Part shown: positions 9,055 through 19,392 of the stretch, one piece after another | How positions within the stretch are numbered: position 1 is the stretch's first letter | Layout of the letters: the number at the start of each line of letters is the position of its first letter | Source: Methanobacteriota archaeon | GTDB taxonomy: Archaea; Halobacteriota; Bog-38; Methanoflorentales; Methanoflorentaceae | Reading direction: 5' to 3' | Assembly: GCA_963720465.1 (NCBI GenBank) | Contig: OY970393.1 | Location: 1,280,001-1,344,000 of the forward strand | DNA length: 64,000 nucleotides | The notes under the pieces: model-generated | What the model saw: only the letters and a program-made list of their open reading frames with translations | Databases searched by the model: none | What the model was told of the DNA's origin: nothing | Made by a program: the position numbers and the translations under genes

Positions 9055-11562
9055 TTATTCGCTGTGCACTCCTGTCGGCTGTTTATATTGCGCAGGCTGC
9101 CTGCTCCTCCTGTCTAACACCTTGTAAAACTGGACCTTTACGAAATCTGTGAATACTAAATCTGCCAAGAGTGAATATCCCCAGACAGCTAACGCACTAG
9201 CCCATCCGATCGGTGCAACAAAGATCCCGTACACCACAATAAGCGTCGCTACAAATTGCGTGCCGAGCACGGCGGCGATCAAGATGTTAGCAGGACGAAA
9301 AGACCAAAAATGATCGCGCGTGCGGGCAACGAAGATCATGAAATGGCCCGCGATGGATAGTTTCAAGTACATTATTGACTGGACGACTGCTGGGCTCAAG
9401 GCGAAGAAGCGTTCGACGATAACCAAGAGGCCAAAGGTGGCCGTGACACCAAGAACCCCTAAGAGCGTTGCCACGCTTAATATGGTTCGCATATCCCACG
9501 CTTCGGCTGTTTGTGAATAGCGTGCGCGATCGTATGCGATGCTCAGTATTGCGCCATCATTGAGCAGGGCCAGTAACACAATCATAATCGCCGTTACGGG
9601 GTAGAAGTTGAACACGATGATTGACAGCGTAATAAAAGTCAGTACGCGGAAGGTCTCTCCGATCCGATAGATGGAATAACTGGTCATCCGCTGGAAAATC
9701 CTGCGACTCTCTTTGATGGAATCAATGATAACTGACAATCCAGGACTAGTAAAAACGATGGCAGCGGCTGACTTCGCCGCGTCGGTCGCCCCCGCAACCG
9801 CAATGCCAGCATCTGCCTTCTTTAAGGCGGGGGCATCGTTGACCCCATCCCCGGTCATGCCAACTATATGCCCTCTCGCTTGAAGCAGTTCAACGATCCG
9901 GTACTTATGTTCAGGAAAAACTTGAGCAAATCCGTCCGCGTTTTCGATCACTTCCTCTGCTTCTGTGTCGGTTTTGTCAGCGAACGATGTGGCGTCAATA
10001 ATGTTTGTTCCTAGATGGACTTCGGACGCGATTTGTTTGGCAATCGCAGTGTGATCTCCAGTTACCATTTTGACGTCGACGCCCATAGACTGAGCCGTTT
10101 GAATGGTTTCTGCCGAATCTTCCCAAGGGGGGTCATACAGTGCAATGAGTCCGACATATTGCCAGTTGCCCTGCTGATCCGTCTTGGCAACTCCAAGGGC
10201 CCGAAAGCCCTTCGTAGCAAAAGAGTCCACCACTGTGTTTACCGAAGCTGCTTCCTCTCCCTTTGAGGAGGTCAACGCGAGGATCGCTTGCGGTGCACCT
10301 TTAGCTACCTTAAAATCGGAGCCATCAGCTGCTTCCACTCGTGCCTCGGTTCTTTTTGTCACAGGATCAAATGAAGTAAAAGCCGCCGTTTTGAACGGCG
10401 CCGCTCGGGCGTCAATTAAATGCATATCTTCAGCTCTTGCAATGATGGCATTGTCGATGGGGTCCTCATCCTCCTTCCGAGAGGCGAGAGTGCCAAAGAG
10501 CACCACCTCCTCGTCGGTAAAGCGCCCAAGCGGACGCACATCAGCGAGTGTAAGGTCATTTTTCGTTATCGTACCGGTCTTATCCGAACATAAAACATCC
10601 ATCCCGGCCATCTCTTCAATGGCAACGAGTTTGCTCACGATTGCATCTTTTTTCGCTAGCGCGATGGCGCCGACGGCCATGGTAACTGAAAGCACTGCCG
10701 GAAGGGCAACCGGTATGGCCGCGACCGTAAGCACCAGCGCAAATTGCAAGATCTCTAAAAGACTTTCTTGCCGAATCAGGGCAATGACCACGATGAGGGC
10801 TGCGAGCGCGATGGCAATCGCTATCAAATAATCGCCAATTCTGATGACGGCTTTCTGAAAATGGCTCTCAGTTTTAGCCTCTTCAACCAATCGGGCAGTC
10901 GTTCCAAAATATGTCGCCATTCCCGTGGCAACAACAAGGGCGTCCATCTCTCCTTGTTGAACAACCGACCCTGAGTACGCCACGTCTGAAGCGTGCTTTT
11001 CCACGGGAAGCGACTCTCCTGTCAATCCAGATTCGTCGAGGAGGAGGTAATCGCCTTTCGTGAGTTTGACATCCGCTGGTACGACGTCTCCTAAACGCAC
11101 GCGGATTATATCGCCCGGTACCAGTTCTCGGGCGGCAACCGTAATCCATGAGCCGTCGCGCAGCACTCGCGCGCTCACCGCAAGCTTCCGCTTCAGCAGC
11201 TCAATAGCGTTTGCAGCCTTGTTCTCTTGCCAAAACCCGACGATCGCGTTGAGGAGGAGGAGCGCCAAAATGATGAAGAAGTCGTCGTAGTGCTGGATGA
11301 TCGCTGAAAGGATTATAGCAACCTCTATCATCCACGGGATAGGGCCCCAAAAATAGGTCAAAAACTTCGCAAGCGGATTAGCCCGCTTTTCGGTGATCTC
11401 GTTCGGACCGTGCGAATCTAATCGCCGGGATGCGTCGGCTGCCGACAGGCCGTTGTCGCGTGACGAGAGCCGCTGCAACAGCTCAGCTATGCTGGCCTCT
11501 TGCGCGAGGTCTGCAGATATTACGCCCTCTGAACTGTCGTCGGACAGAACATCCCTAGTCAT
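9055..11562 (-). CDS. P3A-type plasma-membrane proton-efflux P-type ATPase
   Basis: WGPIPWMIE, LTGES, IPVALP, CSDKTGT, FDPVTKRT, KGAP, TGD, FAQVFPEHK, GDGVNDAPALKKAD, LLNDG. Confidence 0.95.
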   Translation of the reverse strand: MTRDVLSDDSSEGVISADLAQEASIAELLQRLSSRDNGLSAADASRRLDSHGPNEITEKRANPLAKFLTYFWGPIPWMIEVAIILSAIIQHYDDFFIILALLLLNAIVGFWQENKAANAIELLKRKLAVSARVLRDGSWITVAARELVPGDIIRVRLGDVVPADVKLTKGDYLLLDESGLTGESLPVEKHASDVAYSGSVVQQGEMDALVVATGMATYFGTTARLVEEAKTESHFQKAVIRIGDYLIAIAIALAALIVVIALIRQESLLEILQFALVLTVAAIPVALPAVLSVTMAVGAIALAKKDAIVSKLVAIEEMAGMDVLCSDKTGTITKNDLTLADVRPLGRFTDEEVVLFGTLASRKEDEDPIDNAIIARAEDMHLIDARAAPFKTAAFTSFDPVTKRTEARVEAADGSDFKVAKGAPQAILALTSSKGEEAASVNTVVDSFATKGFRALGVAKTDQQGNWQYVGLIALYDPPWEDSAETIQTAQSMGVDVKMVTGDHTAIAKQIASEVHLGTNIIDATSFADKTDTEAEEVIENADGFAQVFPEHKYRIVELLQARGHIVGMTGDGVNDAPALKKADAGIAVAGATDAAKSAAAIVFTSPGLSVIIDSIKESRRIFQRMTSYSIYRIGETFRVLTFITLSIIVFNFYPVTAIMIVLLALLNDGAILSIAYDRARYSQTAEAWDMRTILSVATLLGVLGVTATFGLLVIVERFFALSPAVVQSIMYLKLSIAGHFMIFVARTRDHFWSFRPANILIAAVLGTQFVATLIVVYGIFVAPIGWASALAVWGYSLLADLVFTDFVKVQFYKVLDRRSRQPAQYKQPTGVHSE

Positions 11563-11791
11563 TCGGCTGCTTGCTTCGACGCCGTTTTGTATACTATGGG
11601 GGCTCCACCTCCTTGTTAATATTATTCTACGAAATGAGGCTTAAAACGGGGGTTTTTTCATGAATTGCAAGCTGAAGCGTTAAATATTTGTCAGGAAGCC
11701 ATGTATGGGCCGCACAAAGTGTGCGACCCAATAGGCACGGCTTATGTCGCCCGATAAATCGAAAGCGCAGAGTGCTAAGGGCAACGCCCGA

Positions 11792-12965
11792 ATGCGGATT
11801 TGTTTTGTCTCTCCTTATCCGCCCAAATTTGGTGGCGTTGCGACCTATTCGCACGAACTCATCGAAGGCATCAAGAAGCGCGGGCACACGGTTTACGTTG
11901 TTTGCAACCCGGATCTCGATACGGGAGGGCATGGTGGGCAGGAGAATGTTTTTTCCGGCGATGGATACGCAGAAAGCGGGCTGGCCTCAGGACGTTCTTG
12001 ACGTCATCAACAAGCTGAACCCAGATGCTGTACATATCCAACACGAATACGGTCTTTACGATATCGACGGCAGACTTAGCACTGATCTGCTTGACCTTCT
12101 CGTGCGGTTGAACCTCCTCAGAATCCCCACCGTCGTGACATATCATTCAGTGTACAGCACCCTCGGCGACAAGGAGCATGTCTTCATGAACCTGAGTTTG
12201 CAGCTAATTGATGCCGGGATCGTGCACGAAGAGCTCCAAAAGATCTTTCTGCCGGCGAATTTGGGCTGGGTGCCCCAGAACGTCACCGTCATACCGCACG
12301 GAGCGGAAGTGCTAGAAGCAGGCGGCGTGCCTGACGTCGTCGAGTCGAAAAAAGAGTACGGTCTTCAGGGTAAGGACGTCGTCATGTGTTTGGGCTGGTG
12401 GGAAGAATACAAGCGCTTCGAAGATGTTGTCGAGATATGGCCGCAAGTCGTCCGCAACGTGCCTGACGCCGCTCTGGTGATCGCAGGGGATGCGCGGCCA
12501 GGGTCCCGGGGTGGAGTGCGCTACAAACCTACGTTGTTGAAGGCTGTGGATGACAGCCCTGCGAAGGATAGCATCATCGTCATCCAAGGTTCTTTCCATC
12601 CAAAGGAGTATCTAACGATTGAAAATGCTGCAGATATTGTTGTGTTACCTTACGAGCAAAGCAGTCAGTCAGGGGTGTTGGCTCACGCATTTTCGCTGGG
12701 CAAGCCTGCTGTCGTCACAGACGTTGGGGGCTTGCGGGCGGAAGTTGAGGCGAGCGGCGGAGGGGTCGTCGTTCCGCGGGGAGACTTGGAGCAGCTCAAG
12801 GAGTACATCGTGCTGCTGCTCTCCAACAGGCAGATTAGGGAACGGTACGCGCAACGGGCGTTGGCGTACGTAGAAAAACGAATTGGTTGGAAGTATGTGG
12901 CAGGGATGCACCAATCGCTTTATCTCTCGATAATCAAGAACAAGTCACGCGCAATTCGAGTGTAG
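11792..12965 (+). pseudogene. GT4 family glycosyltransferase, frameshifted in a T6 tract
   Basis: MRICFVSPYPPKFGGVATYS in one frame; HIQHEYG, IPHG, LPY..SQSGVL, TDVGG in the next; one extra T at 11949-11954. Confidence 0.85.
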
Positions 12966-13122
12966 TGCAGGCGAAGCAACCCGTCGCCTTGGAACTATGC
13001 GATTCAACTTTTTTCCAGCACGAACGCTCCAAAAAAGGGTTTTTCCGACGTAAGGTCTGCTTTTGTGCGAGGAAGGTTTATCGAAGCTTAGTGTTAGGTT
13101 CGCATAGCAGGAAGGTGAGTAC

Positions 13123-14226
13123 ATGGCAGTTAAAGTCGTGGTAAATGGGTACGGAAACATCGGCAAGCGCGTCGCTGACGCAGTGGCAAAACAGGACGAC
13201 ATGAAACTCGTTGGCGTGTCGAAAACCCGCCCGAATTTTGAGGCATTCGTCGCGGCACAGAAGGGATACCCCTTGTACGTTGCTGAGGAAACGAGCATCG
13301 ATGCTTTTAACGCGGCAGGCTTGGAGGTAGCGGGCACGACAGCGGACATGCTCCGCGAAGCAGACGTAGTTGTCGATGCGACTCCCGAAGGAACGGGTGC
13401 GAAGAATCTCGAAAACCTTTATAAAAAGGCGGGCATTAAGGCCATTTTTGAGGGCGGCGAGAAGCACGCCGCGATAGGTGCTTCGTTCAATGCGTACTGC
13501 AACTACGAGACTGCGATTGGCAAGGACTACGTGCGGGTGGTATCCTGCAATACCACTGGGCTCTGCCGCACGCTCTATGCGGTGGACAAGCTAGCAGGCA
13601 TCAAAAAAGCAAGAGTGGTGCTTGTGCGAAGAGCGGCAGACCCCGTACAGGTCAAGAAGGGGCCGATCAATGCCATCATTCCAAACCCGCCAACGGTCCC
13701 GTCACATCACGGCCCTGACGTTAATACCGTGATGCCGCAGTGGGATATCACGACGATGGCGGTTTTGGTGCCGACCACGCTGATGCACCAACATAACGTC
13801 ATGATCGAAGTCGAGCGTCCGGTAACCAAGGAGGAGCTGCTGACGGAGTTCTACGGCTTGCGCCGCATCATGCTCGTGCGCGCGAGCGATGGCTTAGGAT
13901 CAACGGCTGAAATCATCGAGCTTGCGAGAGATATGGGGCGTCCGCGCTACGACTTATGGGAGATAGCGATCTGGGAGGAGAGCGTCAACGTTGTCGGCAA
14001 CGAAGTCTTCTATATGCAAGGTATTCATCAAGAGGCCGACATCGTCTTAGAGAACGTTGATTGTATTCGGGCAGTAGCAGGACTCGAGAAGGATCCGTGG
14101 AAATCGATCCGCAAGACCGATGAAGCCGTGGGGGTGACGGGCTCACTTCGCCCTCCTCAGTGTCTTGCTGACAAGCCTGAAGTCTTGAGAGAGATACACT
14201 ACAAAGCGTGGGGTGTCGAGAAATAA
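13123..14226 (+). CDS. gap: Archaeal type II glyceraldehyde-3-phosphate dehydrogenase
   Basis: [45 protein letters not shown]. Confidence 0.95.
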   Translation: MAVKVVVNGYGNIGKRVADAVAKQDDMKLVGVSKTRPNFEAFVAAQKGYPLYVAEETSIDAFNAAGLEVAGTTADMLREADVVVDATPEGTGAKNLENLYKKAGIKAIFEGGEKHAAIGASFNAYCNYETAIGKDYVRVVSCNTTGLCRTLYAVDKLAGIKKARVVLVRRAADPVQVKKGPINAIIPNPPTVPSHHGPDVNTVMPQWDITTMAVLVPTTLMHQHNVMIEVERPVTKEELLTEFYGLRRIMLVRASDGLGSTAEIIELARDMGRPRYDLWEIAIWEESVNVVGNEVFYMQGIHQEADIVLENVDCIRAVAGLEKDPWKSIRKTDEAVGVTGSLRPPQCLADKPEVLREIHYKAWGVEK

Positions 14227-14253
14227 GCCTTGCGCCATCCTGAGGTGTGCGTT

Positions 14254-14859
14254 ATGGAAAAACCTGCGGACAATAGGTACCCGATTCACGACCTCTTCAA
14301 GCGACGCTGGAGTCCTCGTGCTTTCGCAGAGCGACTGGTTGAGCACGAGAAGCTGAGGAGCCTTTTCGAAGCGGCGCGCTGGGCCCCTTCCGCGTTAAAT
14401 GCACAGCCGTGGAGCTTCATAGTGGCGACCAAGGAAGATATGAGCGGATACGACCGCGTGTTCAATTGCATGCCCGCCGCGAACCAACGCTGGGCGCATC
14501 TCGCGCCCGTCCTAGTGCTCACCGTGACGAATTTGTATAATCCAAACACAAGAAAGCCTAATCGATTCGCGCGCTATGATATCGGCTTGGCAGTCGAGAA
14601 CCTGGTGCTGCAGGCTACTGCATTGGGGCTTTTCTGCCATCAGACTGGCGGAGTGAACGTTGAGAAAGCAAGAACCGAGTTCAACATCCCCGATGGATAT
14701 GAACCTGTTGACATTATTGCTATAGGATATTTGGGAGGCGTTGACAGGCTTCCCGACGACCTTCGTGAACCGGAGCTTGGACAGCGAATGCGTAAGCCCA
14801 TAACGGATTTCGTGTTCTCCGACCGTTGGGGCAAGGTATCTCAACTGGTGATTGAATAG
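14254..14859 (+). CDS. Nitroreductase family protein
   Basis: RRWSPRAF, ARWAPSALNAQPW, LQATALGL, RKP. Confidence 0.92.
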   Translation: MEKPADNRYPIHDLFKRRWSPRAFAERLVEHEKLRSLFEAARWAPSALNAQPWSFIVATKEDMSGYDRVFNCMPAANQRWAHLAPVLVLTVTNLYNPNTRKPNRFARYDIGLAVENLVLQATALGLFCHQTGGVNVEKARTEFNIPDGYEPVDIIAIGYLGGVDRLPDDLREPELGQRMRKPITDFVFSDRWGKVSQLVIE

Positions 14860-15003
14860 CGTGAATTAGTTGCTGTTGCTCACAGCTTGCGTTGCGCCCG
14901 TCGCCGAATGATATTCCCCACTGCAGCAAAACTGCTACCAGCGTACTCGAAGCGCGGTGCAATTATTTATAAAAGTGATGTATAGGCCATAGAGAGGTAT
15001 TAA

Positions 15004-15138
15004 ATGGCGCAGTGGGAGTGCACGGTGTGCGGCTGGATCTATGATGAAGATGTTGAAGGGATTCCGTTTGAAGAGCAGCCTGATGATTACACGTGCCCAG
15101 CGTGCGGGGTGCCTAAATCCTTCTTTGAGAAGCTTTGA
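15004..15138 (+). CDS. Rubredoxin (44 aa, below ORF-track cutoff)
   Basis: MAQWECTVCGWIYDEDVEGIPFEEQPDDYTCPACGVPKSFFEKL; GAGGT RBS and TTTATAAA box upstream. Confidence 0.95.
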   Translation: MAQWECTVCGWIYDEDVEGIPFEEQPDDYTCPACGVPKSFFEKL

Positions 15139-15270
15139 CTTTCGATACGCCTTTCGATGTGAAGTCTGAAAAAATCGCGGATGCCAGTCGGTCCCATTTT
15201 TTGCCGATGTTTTACCACTGCTGCTTCCAGCTGTTGCTGACAGCGATCAACTCGACCTGGAGACGAGCCG

Positions 15271-16647
15271 ATGTTGTCTGAACATTACGATTTCATAATT
15301 CTAGGCGGTGGAACAGCGGGATTTGCGGCGGCGCACACTGCAGATCGGCAGCGCGCACGCACGTTGATGGTAAATGACGATGCCGTGGGCTTTGCCGGCA
15401 CATGCGTCAACGTTGCGTGCATTCCAACTAAGCATTTGCTCTACGCCGCTGAACTCGTTTACAGAATTCGCGAGCACCGCTATCCGGGATTAAACTCATC
15501 CGTTTCGATTGACTTTCGAAAACTGATCGAAGCTAAAAACCGGCTCGTGGAGACGCTTCGAGATAAAGACCGGGCACTGCTAAGAACTATGTCTCACGTC
15601 TCATATGCGGTCGGCACGGGGAAATTCGTCTCGAAAACCGAGCTGCAAGTGAACGGCGAGACGTATACGTCAGACCGATTCCTCATTGCCACAGGGTCAT
15701 CACCTTCTATTCCCAATGTCACAGGATTGAGCGACCTTGATTACCTCACGAACGTCGAGGCGTTGAACTTGCGCAAGTTGCCTACGTCACTGATTATCAT
15801 CGGCGGCGGGTCGGCGGGAGCAGAGTTTGCACAGATGTTTTGCCGTTTTGGAACTCGTGTCTGCGTGCTGCAACGTGCTGATAGGATTGTTCCCAGAGAG
15901 GAGCCAGAGCTCTCTGCACTCTTGGCAAGGTGCTTGTCGAACGATGGAGTCGAAATCTACCAGAGCGTGCAGGTCACAGGGGCAGAGGCTAAAGGACGCG
16001 AGAAGAAGATTACGGCTATTGTTGAGGGAGCTAAACGTGTCTTTAGCGCGGAACAAGTGCTTGTTACGACAGGGCGACATCCAAACACCGGAGGGTTAGG
16101 GTTGGAAAACCTCGGCGTTACGCTCGGGAGCGGCGGGGAAATCGTCACGGACGGCCGAATGCGCGCAACCGATAACGTATGGGCAGCCGGAGACGTCACA
16201 GGCGAGCCGATGCTGGAATCCATTGCCGCTAAACAGGGTTGGGTCGCTGCGACAAACGCGCTCGCGTTGGTCCGGACCAGCGCGAAGATGGACTACGGAG
16301 TTGTCCCGCACGCTATCTTCACAGATCCGCAACTAGCTAGCGTAGGCATCACTGAACAAGAGGCACTCGAATCAGGTATTCGTGCCAAGAGCGCTGTCGT
16401 GCCGCTCGGTCGCATAGCCAAAGCGCAGGTGATCAACGATTCGCGAGGAGCGATTAAAATCGTCGCCGAGGAGGGCTCACAAAGAATCCTTGGAGTGCAC
16501 CTGCTCGCACCTCAGGCGGCAGATCTGCTCCATGAGGGAGTCATGATCGTCAAGAATGGCATGACCGCTGAGGATGTGATTGACACCCTCCACGTTTTTC
16601 CCACGCTGTCCGACGCGTTCAAAATGGCCGCCCGCGACCTCGAGTAG
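15271..16647 (+). CDS. Class I pyridine nucleotide-disulfide oxidoreductase, MerA-like, without the C-terminal Cys-Cys
   Basis: GGGTAG, GTCVNVACIPTK, IATGS, WAAGD, FTDPQ, HVFPTLS. Confidence 0.85.
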   Translation: MLSEHYDFIILGGGTAGFAAAHTADRQRARTLMVNDDAVGFAGTCVNVACIPTKHLLYAAELVYRIREHRYPGLNSSVSIDFRKLIEAKNRLVETLRDKDRALLRTMSHVSYAVGTGKFVSKTELQVNGETYTSDRFLIATGSSPSIPNVTGLSDLDYLTNVEALNLRKLPTSLIIIGGGSAGAEFAQMFCRFGTRVCVLQRADRIVPREEPELSALLARCLSNDGVEIYQSVQVTGAEAKGREKKITAIVEGAKRVFSAEQVLVTTGRHPNTGGLGLENLGVTLGSGGEIVTDGRMRATDNVWAAGDVTGEPMLESIAAKQGWVAATNALALVRTSAKMDYGVVPHAIFTDPQLASVGITEQEALESGIRAKSAVVPLGRIAKAQVINDSRGAIKIVAEEGSQRILGVHLLAPQAADLLHEGVMIVKNGMTAEDVIDTLHVFPTLSDAFKMAARDLE

Positions 16648-16841
16648 GGCTGAACAAAACGTAATATCTGTCTGATTCAGCCGCATCGCATTCGGTTTCT
16701 TTCTGCATTGAAAGGATGATTTAGTGATCGAAAAGCCTCTGAGAGGCTGGTGCTCTTCGCCCTCAACTAAACCAATGAGGCATGATGCTAAATGTTCAGC
16801 TGCGTAGTCCAACTGCTTCTCGGTGGGGATGCAATGAACAG

Positions 16842-17288
16842 TCACTCGGCGTGAAGCTGCCGCTCTCGCGCAGTGTCGAAAGCCGTGCTCATCTCGTCAA
16901 TCTCGGCCAGTGAGAAATAGGTGGGCATATGGGGTATCAAAAGGGTCTCCTCCTTATTCCAATGGACTACGATGATCTCTCTGAATGGTCGGAGCCGGTG
17001 GCGCCACAATTTGAAGCCCCATCCTGACAGCTCCAAATCATCGAGAAGGATGATCATCGCCCTGTGTTCTTCAGTTAGGTCGAGCGCCATGTCCTTCAGC
17101 TCTTTTCTAGTCAGCATCGCCGGGAAGAGTACTTCTTCTTCAGCGACGTGGTGGGCGTAGAGTATCCGTCTAAAATGCGGAAGCAACTGCTTCCTCAGCT
17201 CCACCTCTTTTTCGCTGGTGTTTTCCATTCTCAGAAGGACACGCCTGAATTCGTCATGATCCGCTTTTATAGCCTCACCGATTTTCAT
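16842..17288 (-). CDS. Hemerythrin (HHE) domain protein
   Basis: DH, HHVAEEEVLFP, EEH, HWNKEE. Confidence 0.85.
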   Translation of the reverse strand: MKIGEAIKADHDEFRRVLLRMENTSEKEVELRKQLLPHFRRILYAHHVAEEEVLFPAMLTRKELKDMALDLTEEHRAMIILLDDLELSGWGFKLWRHRLRPFREIIVVHWNKEETLLIPHMPTYFSLAEIDEMSTAFDTARERQLHAE

Positions 17289-17378
17289 TTCAAATCACCT
17301 CAAAACACGCTACCTCAAAATGTGCAACGCACAAGGCTTTTCCAGCTTACCGAAAAGAGTGAAAGCGTCGCTCATTTA

Positions 17379-17750
17379 TTAAAATTTTAGCCCTGATTCG
17401 GTCGGAATGAGTTCTTGTAACACCTCTTTGAGCACTGTAACGTTGTTATATTTCTCCTCGCGCGATGCGTAAACAAGGGTGATGTCCCTTCCGGCGGCGT
17501 CAGCTAAAAGCTTCTCGAGCAATTGTGTTTTAGCTTTGAGTTCAGCCCTGTAGCGCCTTTCAAATACAGGCCATTTTTCGGGATCGTGTCCAAACCATTT
17601 GCGCAGCTCGGTGGTTGGAGCGATATCTCTTAACCATTCGTCGACATGGACCTCTTCCTTGCTGATCCCTCGTGGCCATAGTCGATCAGCGAGAATTCTA
17701 AATCCATCGCTCGGTTCTGCCTGCTCGTATACTCTTTTGAGCTTAATCAT
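17379..17750 (-). CDS. DUF488 / YeaO family protein
   Basis: IKLKRVY, DRLWPRG, IAPTTELRKWFGHDPEKW. Confidence 0.92.
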   Translation of the reverse strand: MIKLKRVYEQAEPSDGFRILADRLWPRGISKEEVHVDEWLRDIAPTTELRKWFGHDPEKWPVFERRYRAELKAKTQLLEKLLADAAGRDITLVYASREEKYNNVTVLKEVLQELIPTESGLKF

Positions 17751-17970
17751 CGTCCTGATTGTACAATGTGCCTGATGCTGGCCGTTTTTGCGTCACGTAC
17801 AACATGCCCAAATTGAGTCGCGCGTCATCGTGTCCTCGTGTCGCAGGATCTGGTTACGCGGGTTTTTTATGACGCACCGCAGCGATAAATGTATTGTTTA
17901 CAATTGCGGTTCTACAAACACTCTCAACAACATACGTGCGCGTGCTGTTGCTAGATGAAGCCTGCTCTGA

Positions 17971-18438
17971 CTAGTGTAAAAATAGCAATACCAGTGTTAA
18001 AACGGCTAAGATGATAAGTGCCAGTATGCCCCACTTTTGCCACGGATAGAGTTTATCTGAGCTTGTCGCCAACGCGGCGGTGCTCGCGGCTACGCCGTCA
18101 ATACCTTTTTGCTGTTGCTCTTGAACCTCTGAGAGATGATGCAACTCATCGAAAATCCCCTTTTGAACGGCGTCGCGCTCTTCTTGCTCCCTGCGCCTTG
18201 CCTCTTGTTCCCTGAGCTGTGCCTCCCTTGACTCCTCAAACATTTTATCCAGCGCTCTCGCCTCTGACATCAACACTTCGTTCGGGTCAGGGAATCTGGG
18301 CAAGGAAATCCCTTGCGCGATTGCTTCTACAATATCATGCTGTTCTTTTTTCTTTTTGCGTTCTGACGTGTTTAGACCCAATAATGTGTCGTCTTGAGAG
18401 GTATAATTATCTTTGTTGTTCACTAATACCAACCCCAA
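17971..18438 (-). CDS. Hypothetical coiled-coil protein with C-terminal transmembrane helix
   Basis: E/Q/R-rich helix, then WGILALIILAVLTLVLLFL; start uncertain. Confidence 0.6.
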   Translation of the reverse strand: MGLVLVNNKDNYTSQDDTLLGLNTSERKKKKEQHDIVEAIAQGISLPRFPDPNEVLMSEARALDKMFEESREAQLREQEARRREQEERDAVQKGIFDELHHLSEVQEQQQKGIDGVAASTAALATSSDKLYPWQKWGILALIILAVLTLVLLFLH

Positions 18439-18477
18439 TTTAACAACCCACTTTTAACAACTCTGTTTTAACAACCC
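18439..18477. repeat. Three direct repeats TTTAACAACYC at 14-bp period
   Basis: Copies start at 18439, 18453, 18467. Confidence 0.8.
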
Positions 18478-18782
18478 TAGATTTGACAGAACCGTTTATC
18501 TGCATATTGATGAATCAGGAGACCTTGTCGTCCGCTTTAGCTGTGGGCGCAACCAAAGCTTCACATTTTAGATGGCGTCGTCTACATCAGGCGGAGGTAA
18601 AAAAGCGTTCTAGCCTCAAGAGTTCTGCGACTATAAATGCGATAGAAGTAAAAAGTGAAGGAAGCGCGAAACGTGGGCAACGCTTACACATTAAACACTT
18701 TCTTCGTGAAGCCCGCCCTTTAGGTATTCTTTCCTCGTGAATGCTTTTTAATCCTCATTGTTTTAGTTAAATAGGCGACCCT

Positions 18783-19318
18783 ATGGCCGACGAAGAAAAA
18801 CGCAATGAGAAACGACTAGTGCGGAGATACTGGAGACATATGTTACGAGAAAGGCCGAGATATGTCAGCTGGTGGTGGGCTCCGCCAGAGTCGATTGAAG
18901 AGATGCGCTGCATGATCGACGTGTTCCGCGATAACATGGATGACACCCTTGAACGTATTTTCCCCTCGGCTCCGTCGTTCCCTGAGCTTAAACAACCGCG
19001 GTCGACATCCTCGACCTAGGCGACGCTTTTCAAGTCGTTGCTGATATGCCTGGCGTGCATAAAGAAGATATTACAATCGATCTCACAGCGGAGCGAGTCG
19101 AGATTAACGCTGAGTCTAGCAAGGAAACCGAACCAAAAGAGGAAGAGTATACTTACCGCGAGCGCGGCTATGCGTCATACCGACGTGCGCTTGACCTGCC
19201 TACCGACGTGCAACCGGACAAGGCAGAAGCGTCCTTTAAGAACGGCGTGCTTGAGCTTAATTTGCCAAAGAAGGAGCCTACTGAAATAGAAAAGAAAACG
19301 CGAGTGACGATCAAGTAG
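18783..19318 (+). pseudogene. Hsp20/alpha-crystallin small heat shock protein, 1-nt deletion
   Basis: Restoring one base near 18998 gives ..KQPAVDILDLGDAFQVVADMPGVHKEDI..YRER..ASFKNGVLELNLPK. Confidence 0.88.
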
Positions 19319-19392
19319 CTTAATTTCCATATTTGCAAGCGGATAGACTGGCTGAGATGAGACCGCATGAAAAAGATGTCATAAAGTCGAAT

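Noticed and set aside
11688-11950. N-terminal part of the 425-aa ORF
   Set aside because: Wrong frame; the real GT4 N-terminus starts at ATG 11792 in another frame.
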